Shown here piece by piece: positions 48,893 to 61,215 of a stretch of DNA of 64,000 nucleotides. The DNA is from Tubulanus polymorphus (taxonomy: Eukaryota > Animalia > Nemertea), in the NCBI RefSeq assembly GCF_964204645.1, contig NC_134033.1, forward strand, positions 8,192,655-8,256,654. The letters run 5' to 3'. The position numbers and the translations under genes were made by a program. Positions within the stretch are counted from its first letter, which is position 1; the number at the start of each line of letters is the position of its first letter. The notes below the pieces were generated by a model that searched no databases, was not told where the DNA came from, and worked only from the letters and a program-made list of their open reading frames with translations.

Positions 48893-49269
48893 CTACAGTT
48901 AAAATGTACAATAGGTCTAGATCGTCAGTCCCTTACGAATTGTATGGGGTTAATAAAAGTTTTTATCTGCTATCTGGACCTGTGCCAATCAAACACTTTA
49001 TCAGTATAGAAACACTAACCACACTAACGTGGTGAACGGATGATAAGACAAGAGGCCCATGGGCCTTGAAGCATTGGTAGATTATACTGTGGTAAGGTAT
49101 TTAGTGGTTAATGCTTTACATATGCCGGAAAATGTTCTATGACGATGTTGATTGGGAGGACCACAGACTAAGAATTGAATGAATTTCATTTTTCTGCCGA
49201 ACGATTTAGCCTACGCTATTTGTATTGTTAAACCTCATTAATTAATTTTCCATCATGTCCCAGCCAAGA

Positions 49270-49433
49270 GGTTTTTAAGCCTATTGGCTTGTTCATTTAA
49301 CCTCACGACGGGACGGCCTTTGAAGTGTTGCCCGCACACTGTAAGCAGTCAGCAGGACTCGAACCCACTTGTCACTCAGCACTGATAGTGGATGCAACAG
49401 CATCACGCCTTATCTCACTGAGCTACTGAGGCC
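49270..49433 (-). mobile_element. tRNA-derived SINE-like element
   Basis: A-box TAGCTCAGTGAG (49425-49414) and B-box GGTTCGAGTCC (49365-49355). No tRNA cloverleaf. Confidence 0.6.
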
Positions 49434-50510
49434 GCTCGATTCAATTCCAAAACAACTACAGTAGCGGCAAATAACCATCGCAATATTTGATTTTACGACA
49501 AACAACGTATAAATTTAATCACTGTGGTGTTGTTCATCACATGGAAAAGATAAGAGTTATTTTTCCCGGCGCGTATTACAAAGTGAATCTATCTGCCAAG
49601 TGCGTAAGGGGCTGCTACCGCCTCATGAGTGCGCAGGAAGTGGACAGAGCATCTTAAAGTGAAAACTTGTCTTAGAATACAGCCGAACCGATGGAATCTT
49701 ACAATAAACTGTCAGTCAACTGATTGAAGATACAACATGGTTGTTCTCGGCGTACTTTAACAATGATATTCCTCCAATAAACAACTCTGGTAAAATTGAA
49801 TAAAATAATCCGTCTTTATTGGTTAAATCGTATCATAGTGGTAGCCTACCGTTTAACAATTAATGTTTCATGACATCATGAAATGGTTTTAACCTTAACT
49901 AAGGCGTTCCCGCACGATCACATAACTTACTTGTACGGGCTTCAGTCACGAGTAGGCCTGCCGTACCACTGTTCTAGAATTACGTATTCTGACGCTGAGA
50001 ATTAATCCCAAATAATCCCATGGCTACTGGTAGTTGGAATAACAGTGATATTCAAACACTATTATGATATTTATAAATCGGAGGTACATAATTTTATGTT
50101 TTTCTATTCAGAAGAGGCTGTTCCCCATTCTTTACTGCCAATGTCAATGTGGACATATCACTACGCGATTGCTTAACCCCCTCTCATCCACCAGATAACT
50201 AACGAGAAAATTGCCATAGAATAACTTTTTCGGCCAATAAATCAGAAAACTGGCGACGCTATCTTGTAGGGAATAATTTAAACATTATTTTGAGTCATTT
50301 TCAGCTGTGTCTACTGTTTTATGAGAACAGAGTTACAATTTGAAGTTACTATGAAAATGAGAAGAGTCGGCGCTTTTTTTTCGACTAGGACTTTCGATCC
50401 ATTTTATTAGCATTGGCATGACGTCATAGACATCAACCATTGCTAATAAAAACCCACTTCGTCCAAATTAAAAGACTATTAAAATCAAGAATTCATTTAT
50501 TAAAAAAATC

Positions 50511-50552
50511 ACACCTGACGATGTTCTCTAGGGTGAGATCGAAACGTGGTGT
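50511..50552 (+). ncRNA. Minimal type I hammerhead ribozyme motif between inverted repeats (Penelope-like)
   Basis: acac-CTGACGA-t-gttctc(tagggt)gagatc-GAAA-cgt-g-gtgt. Core boxes intact, cleavage triplet GUG, AATAAA downstream. Confidence 0.65.
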
Positions 50553-50758
50553 ATTTTACATTTTAGATTTTTTTAATAAATAAATTCTTGATTTCAAAAT
50601 TCTTTTAATTTGGACATAGTGGGTGTTTATCTCACTTTATCACTATTTCTCCAATTTGTTAAGATCCACGCCTCCCTTGTCATGGTTCCCACAAAAAAGT
50701 TTTGTCGGGTCAGGTATAGTTTTTGAATTTGGTTGATTCCCTTTGCATGTTCAACATT

Positions 50759-51996
50759 AACTAGGGGTCGAGGGACACCATGCCCACTTGGGAAGTGGTT
50801 CCAAATGCTCAACAATCTAACAATTTCAATATTCAACGCCCCCTGGTGACCATATACAAAAACCAATGACCTTGAAACTGACCACAATCATAGAACATGT
50901 CAGCAGCTACGATTTTGTAATTGATTGTGATAACAAAATATGCCTCGTTACCAATCTAATATGTAAATAATAAGTTATTCTAGTATTCAACGCCCCCTGG
51001 TGACCATATTCAAAACCAAATGACCTTGAAACTCACCACAATCATAGAACATGTCGCGAACTATAACTTTGTAATTGATCATGGTAACAAAATATGCCTA
51101 GGTACCAATATAATAAGGAAATACTAACTTATTCTACTATTCAACGCCCCCTGGTGACCATATAGAATAACTAATGGCCTTAAAACTTGCCACAATCATA
51201 GACGATGTCATGAGCTACAACTTTGCAATTGATTGTGGTTACAAAATATGCCTTGATACGAATAAAATATAGAAATACTAAGATATTGTATTATTCAACG
51301 CCCCCTGGTGGCCATATACAAAAACTAATGACCTTGAAACTCACCACAATCATAGAACACGCTATGAGCTAAAAGTTACTAATTGATTGTGGTAACAAAA
51401 TACACTTAGGTATCAATATAATGTGGAAAAACTTTTTCCCACCTACGAATGTGTACTGATGACACCAAGATGGCCGCCAATTGCGTCATAATTGGCGGAC
51501 CAAAAATACCTGTCTCAGGTATGAAACATCTCGCTGCAAAGAATACCCATCACAAATTGCAATGAGAAATGGCAAACAGGTAGGGAGCTACAGGACTCAG
51601 AATTCAGGCCAAAATTGACATTTTTGGGCACTAAAAAAGGTCATAGGACGGTCATCTTCAGTCCGATCGACCCAATTTTTGTTATGCTGATGGGCCCTGG
51701 GGGGATTCACATACATCCGAAAGATCAAGGTAATTGATCAAAGCATCTTCAAAATTTCCCTCAAAAAGTTAAAAAATGTGTAAAAAGTGTTGACTTTGGC
51801 GAACAACAATGGCTGCCAGTCGGCCATCTTGATTCTGACAGGGCCAGTTTTTTGGCTGAAGATGTGTCTAGGGTAGATACATGTGTAACCCAAATATCAA
51901 GACATTACATTGAAGCGTCTTCAAAATTTCCCAAAATAACTGGATTCCGTCTATGGACGGACGACGGACAAAAAGTGAACGCAATAGCCCTAAAAA
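50759..51996 (-). mobile_element. HINE-like family A, four units spaced exactly 154 bp, terminal hairpin deleted
   Basis: attcaacgccccctgg at 50831, 50985, 51139 and 51293. End reads atagccc|taaaaa. Confidence 0.85.
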
Positions 51997-54041
51997 TTGA
52001 TATTTTGACCTTTGTAAAGGTTGAGAAAAGTTTTGCTTTGTTATCATAACCTATGCATGTAGAAGTTGCAGTAATGACTTTTACTATATACTCATTATAT
52101 CACTATTTCATTTAGGGCGTTATTGAATATAGCTATCACCTATTTTCAATTGATCATGATGAGTGAAGTATAGGCCATTTTGGAAATCTCATTATGGATT
52201 TTTTAAGTACCCGATGTCCACTACGTGCCAATTAATTATGGTCACACTTCATTTATGAGCATGGATTGATTCTCTGAAAATGGGCAAACATGGAATCTTA
52301 CCAACTTGTCTTGTGTAAAAGAATGATCAAGCAAGCCGTTATTGTTTAAAACACAAATACGAAAATTTTAATCTGTGTTGAAATACCAGTGATGACATTT
52401 TTTATGATTACTATCGAGTACCGATAGACCATGATTGTATGCCTATCCACTCCAAGAGGCATACCGGTACCAGTATACTATAATAATAAGATGAAATTTT
52501 ACATTGAGTGACCTATATGAGTGAACTACAGTATGTGTTTAAAGTAAAAGTAATCGTCAGATTATCTGAGGTAAACGAAGAAAATACCGATGTGAGCCAA
52601 TGAAATATGGCCGAACTAAACGATAATCTGATGTAAGTGACTTCAAGATGGATTTTTATTTGAAAATGAAAATGGAAGAATTTTCCACCGGGGCAGCTGA
52701 TAATCTCGAGTAATCATGTCTGAAGTAAGCAGAGTCTACACTTCCCCACTCTAATATATCTCATAATTCCACAAAAATAATGATAAGTTACTTATATTAT
52801 GGAAACTTTCTCATCTTCAGTGGCTTCAACAATGTGATTTGATTTTAATTAGGTTTGTGAAACCGGCTTTCCCTCATGGTTTCTAAACGTCCAAGCAATG
52901 TTAACAAGAAAATTAACTTTAATATATCATTTGACGTCTGTTAAAAAAAATATAGAATTTTTTGGATAAGCTTATGTGGGATTGCAAATTTGAAATCGAA
53001 GTTTTAAGAAATTTGGGGATCTATGAGATTTGGCGATTGAGTAGGTGATACAGGGATCCGACTGTAAATAGTGGTTTAATTTTTTTATTGAAAATTGTCA
53101 ATAATGGGTTATCTACATTTGAATATATATTACGAATTATAGGTCGGGATATTTTCATTCAGTTTTCATATAATAAGGCAAATAGAAATCTTACCACATT
53201 TGATAAGGAAATTTTACGACAGACATAACATAACTGCTTGTATACTTCATATGCAAATACGCTCCTGTTTATTCTCCCTCAGTGGAGTCTCAGCCTCGAA
53301 CCCTTTGGTTTCATAAACTCCTACGACGTGCAGTCGCGCGGTGCCATCGGGTTCGAGTCCCAGCTGAGGGAGAATATGTTCATTGAACACTTGGCCGTTT
53401 AATATTAAATGTCTTTCTTCAATGTTTTGTTCTGTCAATTTATTGCATGTCTTAACCTATGTATAAATGTTATATACGGCGCAATATATAACTTCAAGTT
53501 CAAGTTCAAGTTCAAGCTTGTTACATTGTCACCTGATACTCATGCCATCAGAGGACGCGGAGCCGTACATGGCAGCTTTGCTATTATAAATTGCTAATCG
53601 CGATCGTTCTCATGAAACCTGCATACCCCTAATAGCGAACATATTTTCTTAAACATTTGAATATTGAAATTGTATGTTTACAAATTTTTATATTGACCGC
53701 TTGTAGCCGCCGATAAAATTCACGCCGGCCCTACACAGATCGTAGATAGCTTCGTCATTCCACCAGCATCCCCATGTCAGGGTCCCACTTTTATATCAGA
53801 CTTCTGCATTGTGTATACATCCGCCATTTTGTCCGAATAATCCAATTTACTTATCATTTCTATTTATGCCTGCTGCTTCTGATATAATCATACATCCATT
53901 ACTATTGCAATACATCTTCTCATGATATTCAATGCAATATAATACTTCGACATTCAAATAGGGCTCATTATATAATCACAGGAAGACATTCTACATCTTT
54001 GTTAATAACATTTTGCCAAATAGCTTGTATGTGTACACATA

Positions 54042-54465
54042 AGCTGCATTCACACTAGGATTACAGTATGGTACTAAGCTTTCACACTAGGAAATTATTC
54101 GAGGCCTATTCGCGGCTTATTCAGTTCCATACTGAAGTATGTGGCTTATTAAGTGCGGAATGCGATTCCGTGCCGAAAACCCGATTTCAGTATGGCACCG
54201 AGCTGGCCGCGTATTTTCTGTAGTGTGGACGCAAATTCGGCGTTTAGCTTGCCGCGTATTTTCATCCTCATAGTACAAAACACTAAATAATAATTACACT
54301 CCCCTCTATTGGCACACTGGGTGACTACTATACTGGGCTTACTAAGTGCTGAATTGCCAACTCGTAGGGCGAACGTAACTGGCTGCGCAAGCGGCGTATT
54401 TTGCTGAATTCAGCACCAGCGAAGTAAGGTACTTCATAAGCGCCGAATCTAGTGTGTACGCGGCT
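54042..54465. mobile_element. PIF/Harbinger-like MITE
   Basis: TIRs AGCTGCATTCACACTAG / CTAGTGTGTACGCGGCT with 3-bp TSD ATA. Confidence 0.8.
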
Positions 54466-54706
54466 ATAGACCCGTGACGTTTTGCACATCGATTTACTGA
54501 TGTGATTTGTAAAATGATGCTGAATGGTTAACATTGTTTAGGTTTCAAAATGGTTACATTTTATTAGGCGTCAAAAAACCATCATAAAGGTAACTAGTAA
54601 ATATAAATGAAAACTATAAATGACACTTCCATTCAAATGAAAATTCAAAAGGATTCAATAACAATTTTCAATACATTCATGTCATCCAATATTGAGAATA
54701 AATTAC

Positions 54707-54971
54707 CTGGCAATCCAGGCTTTCCACGTCGGCCTGACACACCAAGGTAACCTTTGATACCCTTCTCGCCCTTTGGTAACGTGATATCCTCAGGAGGTAA
54801 TCCGGGGAGACCCGGCTCTCCTTGTACACCTTTATCTCCAATTGCACCCTTCATAGTAAGACCTGGTAAACCTGGTTCTCCACGTGGCCCACGTTGACCT
54901 TTAGAACCAGAGCTTGCTCTACCTTGTGATTCACCCTTCATTCCTTTCAAGCCGTCTTGACCATTCATTCC
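54707..54971 (-). CDS. COL4A1: Collagen IV triple-helix exon with interruptions (GMNGQDG...GKPGLP)
   Basis: tttaag| acceptor and |gtaatt donor, phase 0 to 1. Gly-X-Y repeats. Confidence 0.92.
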
Positions 54972-55321
54972 CTTAAATCAAGTTACAATGAGCAATCAAG
55001 TTTACAAGTTTGTGAAATGATGGATAATTGGATACGGATAACTCTTGACAATGAGGAATCACTGTCTCCCATTGCCGCAGATGAGCAATTTTTCCGTTTG
55101 ACATCGAGCCAATCGGGCAGTTGCTCGCGAATTGCTTGAAAACATTTGCCGTGTGGGCTAGGCTTAAGTTTGACTTGAAGAGTTAAAATAAGTTCCGATG
55201 TTTCTAACTCAAGAATCAAATTTTTAAAGAGAACTATGGAACTTGGTCCAGAATTAAACCATTATGAAAGTTGGTGAACAAAAGGTTTAATACAGATGTC
55301 CCGCATTTAAAGAAAACTTAC

Positions 55322-55455
55322 TGGAACTCCGAGAACTCCCATTTCTCCTTTATCACCAGGGCGTCCTTGTAGACCACGAAGGCCTTGATCTCCTTTCATT
55401 CCTTTCGGACCCCGGAGTCCTGGATAACCTTTCTCACCCATTAAACCATCAAGAC
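55322..55455 (-). CDS. COL4A1: Collagen IV triple-helix exon (GLDGLMG...GVLGVP)
   Basis: tttctgtag| acceptor and |gtaagt donor, phase 1 to 0. Confidence 0.93.
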
Positions 55456-55779
55456 CTACAGAAAACACCCATCTCACAATATCATTTGGTGACCACAAAC
55501 CACAAATTCTTCAGGTGAGAGTTCAACAGAATATGGCAAATTCTCTCACAAATTCTACATATTGTCAATTATACCTACCATATTTTCTGGTGTATAAGTT
55601 TTTGAGACCAAAAATCGTGTCCCAAAAATGTAGGTCGACTTATACACTGGCTACACTTTTGATATTGTTTTAAACTGACGATGTTTATTAGAGTTCAAGG
55701 TCGCCATGATGAAATGGAATATCAATTTATGTTAGGCTACATATACCAGTTACAAAGAATTTAGGATTTTGGTAAAATA

Positions 55780-56164
55780 AGCTGCGTTCACACTAGGATT
55801 TCAGTACGGTACTAAGCGCTCACCCTAGGAAATTATTTGAGGTCTATTCGCGGCTTATCAATCGAATTCCGTGCCGAAAACCCGATCTCAGTACAGCACT
55901 GATCTGGCTGCGTATTTTCTGTAGTGTGAATGCAGATTCGGCGCTTAGCTAGCCGCGTATTCAGATTCTCGTAGTACAAAACACTCAGCACTAATTACAC
56001 TCCCTCTATTGGCACACTGGGTGACTACTATACTGGGTTTACTAAGTGCCGAATCGCGACTCGTAGTGTGAACATAAATAACTGCATAAGCGCCGTATTT
56101 TGGTGAATTCAGCACCAGCGAAGTATGGTACTTCGTAAGCGCCGAATCTAGTGTGAACGCGGCT
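55780..56164. mobile_element. PIF/Harbinger-like MITE, second copy (degenerate relative at about 23487-23996)
   Basis: TIRs AGCTGCGTTCACACTAG / CTAGTGTGAACGCGGCT with TSD ATA. Interior similar to 54042-54465. Confidence 0.8.
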
Positions 56165-57379
56165 ATAGTTTCTTATACTTTGGGAATGTTTCAAAATTAA
56201 CTCATGTTAAAAATCAAAAGAGAAAGAAAGTGTATTCATTATACAGTATTTATATAAGCCGCGCTGTGGAAGTGTGCCAATAATCAATACACAGCAATCA
56301 TACTAAAGTCTATTTTTGTCTGACATCAATTTTTTGGGGATATTTCTCTGAAAAACTATGGTTCGTAGACATAGAAACACAGGAAGCATATTGTTTGAAT
56401 TTCAAAAATGGTTGATCTTTTCTTACTAAGGACCAAATTGAGGTATGTGATCAAAATATTAAGCGAAATATCCCAAAATGATTGATGTCAGATGAAAATA
56501 AATAGACATTAGACACTATGACACATGGATACAAATAATGAGCACTAATCCAGTAATTTGATATTAGAAACAACAGATTCCAATGATTAATTGCAAATCG
56601 TGGTAAAGACTCTCACCGTTTTCTAAGTGACTAATGTACACACACGAAGAAGCGACTAGACATATACACCCACTATAGCAAGTACAATTTTTTGAACTGA
56701 AAATTTGACCTTGACTTTTACACTGGGTTGACTTGTACAACCGAAAATATGGTATGTCTCCCGGCAAAAAGTAGACAGTAGCGATCTTGAATCTCTTATT
56801 AGCACCCTGCTGATATGGACAATGATCAATGACACAGTTTTATCTCATACCCATCCAACTGAAGTTTTGAAATGTTCCCTTTGGATTTGCAGGCTCCAGT
56901 TCACCATCAAGAAATTCAAGATGGCTTCCACTTACAATAGGTGTAGACATCTTCCCAACTCATGCAAAAAATTTCAAGAAAATTGGATTGAGATTTGCTT
57001 GCAGCCCATGGTGTGAAAATTCTAGATGACTACTATTTCATATACGGTACATATATACATTTAAAATTTGAGGCTGTATTGCGCTACCAAGTCGTAGGAG
57101 AGGGCACACACTGAAACAAAATGCTTCTACCCCCACCCCATCCCAATTTGACTCAGAAGTCAAAATAATCAAAAATGAACAAATTTTGATTCTTGGGAGA
57201 AACGCTGCAACCTTGTTCGTCAGACCTGGGTTATCTGGATCTGGAACGCTGACAGTGACGGGTAGGCAGGTGGCTATAATTTGATCTTTGAGTTGAAATA
57301 TTGAAAATAAACTAAATTTGAATTATGAAACTGTTTTCTGATCTCTAGATTTCATATTGTCCTCCACTGTGAATATTAC

Positions 57380-57589
57380 CCCAGATTCCCTTGTCTTTTT
57401 TACCTTGAATTCCGTCTGCGCCTGGATCGCCTTTACTTCCTTTTTCTCCGATTCGCGCCCATCCAGGGTCACCAGGGACTCCTTTCAAACCATTACGTCC
57501 ATTAATGCCCGGAGTACCTGGTTGTCCTTTCAATCCAGGCATACCAGGCATGCCATTCTGACCAGATTCGCCATGCACACCTTTTGGAC
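57380..57589 (-). CDS. COL4A1: Collagen IV triple-helix exon (GPKGVHG...); 3' end at 57380 or 57404
   Basis: ttcatag| acceptor, phase 1. Two in-phase donors: |gtaaaa after 57404 and |gtaata after 57380. Confidence 0.88.
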
Positions 57590-57777
57590 CTATGAATGTA
57601 GTTATATATATGACAGTTATGTGGTCAATCAATTTCATTTGTTTTCGAATTTGTCATCTTAGTTATAGGGTTCTGCAATGACAGGTTGTCACTTGAAGGG
57701 TTATCTTTGAATGGAAGGGCTACCATAAATATCAGATTGGTTGGGACCAACATTGCTGTATTTAGATGAAAACAAAC

Positions 57778-58138
57778 CTGATCCCAAAGATAATCCTGGT
57801 AGTCCAGACAATCCTTTGACTCCTTTTGTGCCTTTCGGGCCATCGATGCCAGGTTCTCCATCTTTACCAGAGAGTCCTACATCACCAACATCGCCTTTTC
57901 CACCATCTATACCAGGTAAACCAGGTACACCTTGTTCTCCGGGTAAACCATCCAAACCATTGTGTCCACGCAGGCCGCGGTCACCGATTGTGCCTTTAGG
58001 ACCGACTTCACCGTCCAGTCCGCGCAATCCATCATTGCCTTTTTCACCTCGTTTGCCTTTTAAACCCGGACTGCCCCGACGACCAGGTAATGGTGGCCGG
58101 CCTTGACGACCTTTTAATCCTCGAGGCCCTGATTCACC
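57778..58138 (-). CDS. COL4A1: Collagen IV triple-helix exon (GESGPRG...GLSLGS)
   Basis: ttttaaag| acceptor and |gtttgt donor, phase 0 to 1. Confidence 0.9.
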
Positions 58139-58498
58139 CTTTAAAAAGACAATTATTCAAAATCATATATACACTTAAGCCAAAACCTTTCAAATACCGG
58201 CGCATACAACTGTTCGAGATACTTATACAGGTAACAATCTTCTGTTCGCACCCACTACTACTCTGATATTCATCACAATTGACCTGACTTAAAAGGACTA
58301 TTTTAATTGATATGAACTAACTTGAGGCATCAGAAATGTCATCTGTTATTTCAAGCACATTTTCAAAAAATAATTGAAACAAACTTGACACATAGCATGA
58401 AATATGACACTAGTATAGTAAAGTCTGAAGGGGTGGTTCCATCTTACAGATCAATACCTGGATAAATCATGAACATAAATTAATTAAAAGTTTCTTAC

Positions 58499-58632
58499 CA
58501 CTTCTCCCTTTGGCCCAAAAGGCCCTCTTGTTCCAACTGACCCCTGCATTCCTTTGAGACCGGGTAGACCATGTATTCCATCGACTCCTACAGGCCCAGG
58601 ATTGCCAGCCATTCCCTTCCCACCATCAACAC
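58499..58632 (-). CDS. COL4A1: Collagen IV triple-helix exon (GVDGGKG...GPKGEV); upstream exons lie beyond the window
   Basis: attatag| acceptor and |gtaaga donor, phase 1 to 0. Confidence 0.92.
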
Positions 58633-58802
58633 CTATAATATAATTATTGATAGTGTTGTAAAGGGCAATTTGGTAAATGAAGATGCAAGAGTTATACATG
58701 AATAAGAAATGAGACAATTTGGAATTTATTACAGTTGACACTGTTAATATGGATCAGTTCAGTCTGGATTATGATCAAATCCAGGTGTCTGATTCTAATG
58801 AA

Positions 58803-59948
58803 ATCTGCATTGTTACCACAACCAGGGGTCCTGGGACACCATAACCACTTGAAAAGTGGTTTCAAATGCTCAACAATCTAACAATTTCAATCTTCAACGC
58901 CCTGGTGACCATATGCAAAAACCACTGACCTTGAAACTCAACACAATCAAAGAACATGTCAGCAGTTACAATTTTGCAATTGATTGTGATAACAATATAT
59001 GCCTCGGTCCCAATATAATAAGGAAATACTAAGTTATTCTACTATTCAACGCCCCTGGTGACCATATGAGCATGGATTGATTCTCTGAAAATGGGCAAAC
59101 ATGGAATCTTACCAACTTGTCTTGTGTAAAAGAATGATCAAGCAAGCCGTTATTGTTTAAAACACAGATACGAAAATTTTAATCTGTGTTGAAATACCAG
59201 TGATGACATTTTTTATGATTACTATCGAGTACCGATAGACCATGATTGTATGCCTATCCACTCCAAGAGGCATACCGGTACCAGTATACTATAATAATAA
59301 GATGAAATTTTACATTGAGTGACCTATATGAGTGAACTACAGTATGTGTTTAAAGTAATCGTCAGAATATCTGAGGTAAACGAAGAAAATACCGATGTGA
59401 GCGAATAAAATATGGCCGAACTAAACGATAATCTGATGTAAGCGACTTCAAGATGGATTTTTATTTGAAAATGAAAATGGAAGAATTTTCCACCGGGGCA
59501 GCTGATAATCTTGAGTAATCATGTCTGAAGTAAGCAGAGTCTACACTTCCCCACTCTAATATATCTCATATTTCCACAAATCAAAATAATGATAAGTTAC
59601 TTATATTATGGAAACTTACTCATTTTCAGTGGCTTCAACAATGTGATTTGATTTTAATTAGCTTTTTGAAACCGGCTTTCCCATCTGCATTGTTACCACA
59701 ACCAGGGGTCCTGGGACACCATAACCACTTGAAAAGTGGTTTCAAATGCTCAACAATCTAACAATTTCAATCTTCAACGCCCTGGTGACCATATGCAAAA
59801 ACCACTGACCTTGAAACTCACCACAATCAAAGAACATGTCAGCAGCTACAATTTTGCAATGGATTGTGATAACAATATATGCCTTGGTCCCAATATAATA
59901 AGGAAATACTAAGTTATTCTACTATTCAATGCCCCCTGGTGACCATAT
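58803..59948. repeat. Direct duplication (58803-59068 and 59683-59948) enclosing a copy of 52254-52873
   Basis: Near-identical segments read directly from the sequence. Confidence 0.9.
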
Positions 59949-61215
59949 GCAAAACCCAATGACCCTGAAACCACAATTATAGAACATGTCATGAGCTACA
60001 ATTTTGCAATTGACTTGGTATCAAAATATGCCTACGGTACAGACTGGAAGTAACATAACTCATAACGGTCTGGCGTTCATCGGAGATCTTTGCATTTTCG
60101 TTTTTTGTTTTCGATAAAACGAAATAGAAACGCAATCAAACTAGTTACTACCATGGTTCAAATTCAACGCCTCTAGCGTGCACACATAGAATGCACATAC
60201 GTATAAATAGCAGCTCCCATCTTTTTGAGTGCAACTTCTTGTATTTGGATGACTACATGGTAAAATACATGCAGTAACATTTTAAACGCCTAATAGGAGC
60301 ATTCGAAGTTTCATTGCACCCATAAGCGTGCAGCGAAATGCATAACTCTAAAATGGATATTTGTCCCTAATGCTGGGATGAAAACAGAGGCGTTTAAAAA
60401 ACGCGGACAAATTAGAAATATAAAGGTCAAATGGCCCTGTGGCTCACCATTAAATCATTGAATGCATATATTGTCAAAAATATCATACTAAATATAAATC
60501 AATTTGGATTGATGATGTATGAGGCTGACAATATATGCGCCTGAGGATGTGTGAGAGTGCTGTACTATCATTGCCGAGTCACTGTGCTATATATAGTCTC
60601 GCTCAGGTGATTGCTAACACGCGCAGCCATATACTGTAACCTATATTCAAACACACACGGCTGACTGCTGACGCGCGTATATACAAATGTACTAGCGACG
60701 CAGTATTAGATTGACCGCAATTTCACAAGTCAGAATCCATCCATCCACAAAATGTCAAAAAATACAAACATATACAGACTTTTTTTTTCTAGAAATCAAA
60801 ACGAATACCGGCTATGATTTTTTTCTTAAATATACAAATAAATACCAACTTGGAAGACCAATGCCATTGGTATCGTCGTACTTGCTAGTTCAGATACTGA
60901 ATTAAATAGCCTACTCACTTATATTAGTGACAACGAACAAATTATAAGCAAACGTACGATACCCAGTCGAACGTCGGTCGAATAAAATGCTCGCCATTTT
61001 GTTTTGGGTTTCACATTAGGCTTTCCCAATGGCTTTCCAAATTACATCAGAAACGCCGAAATCCCAGGAATTTCCCGTCTATCCCACAGACAGCCAATCA
61101 CATTCATTGTAGCTCAGGTTACAAGGTCAACTCAAATAAATAGAAGCAAGGAAATTTAGGGGGTTTATAAAGTGAGGGACTGTAGGTCGAAAAGTACATT
61201 GAGATCAGTCGAACT

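Noticed and set aside
50831-51320. Regularly spaced repeats as a CRISPR-like array
   Set aside because: The whole 154-bp unit repeats with no unique spacers, there are no cas genes, and the context is eukaryotic.
51420-51470. GAAA...CTGATGA in HINE family A as a type II hammerhead
   Set aside because: Stem I cannot form next to the cleavage site, and stem II lacks the usual closing pair.
57741-58106. Pro-rich + strand ORF, and other antisense ORFs over collagen and DIRS
   Set aside because: These are antisense shadows of Gly-X-Y or GC-rich coding sequence.
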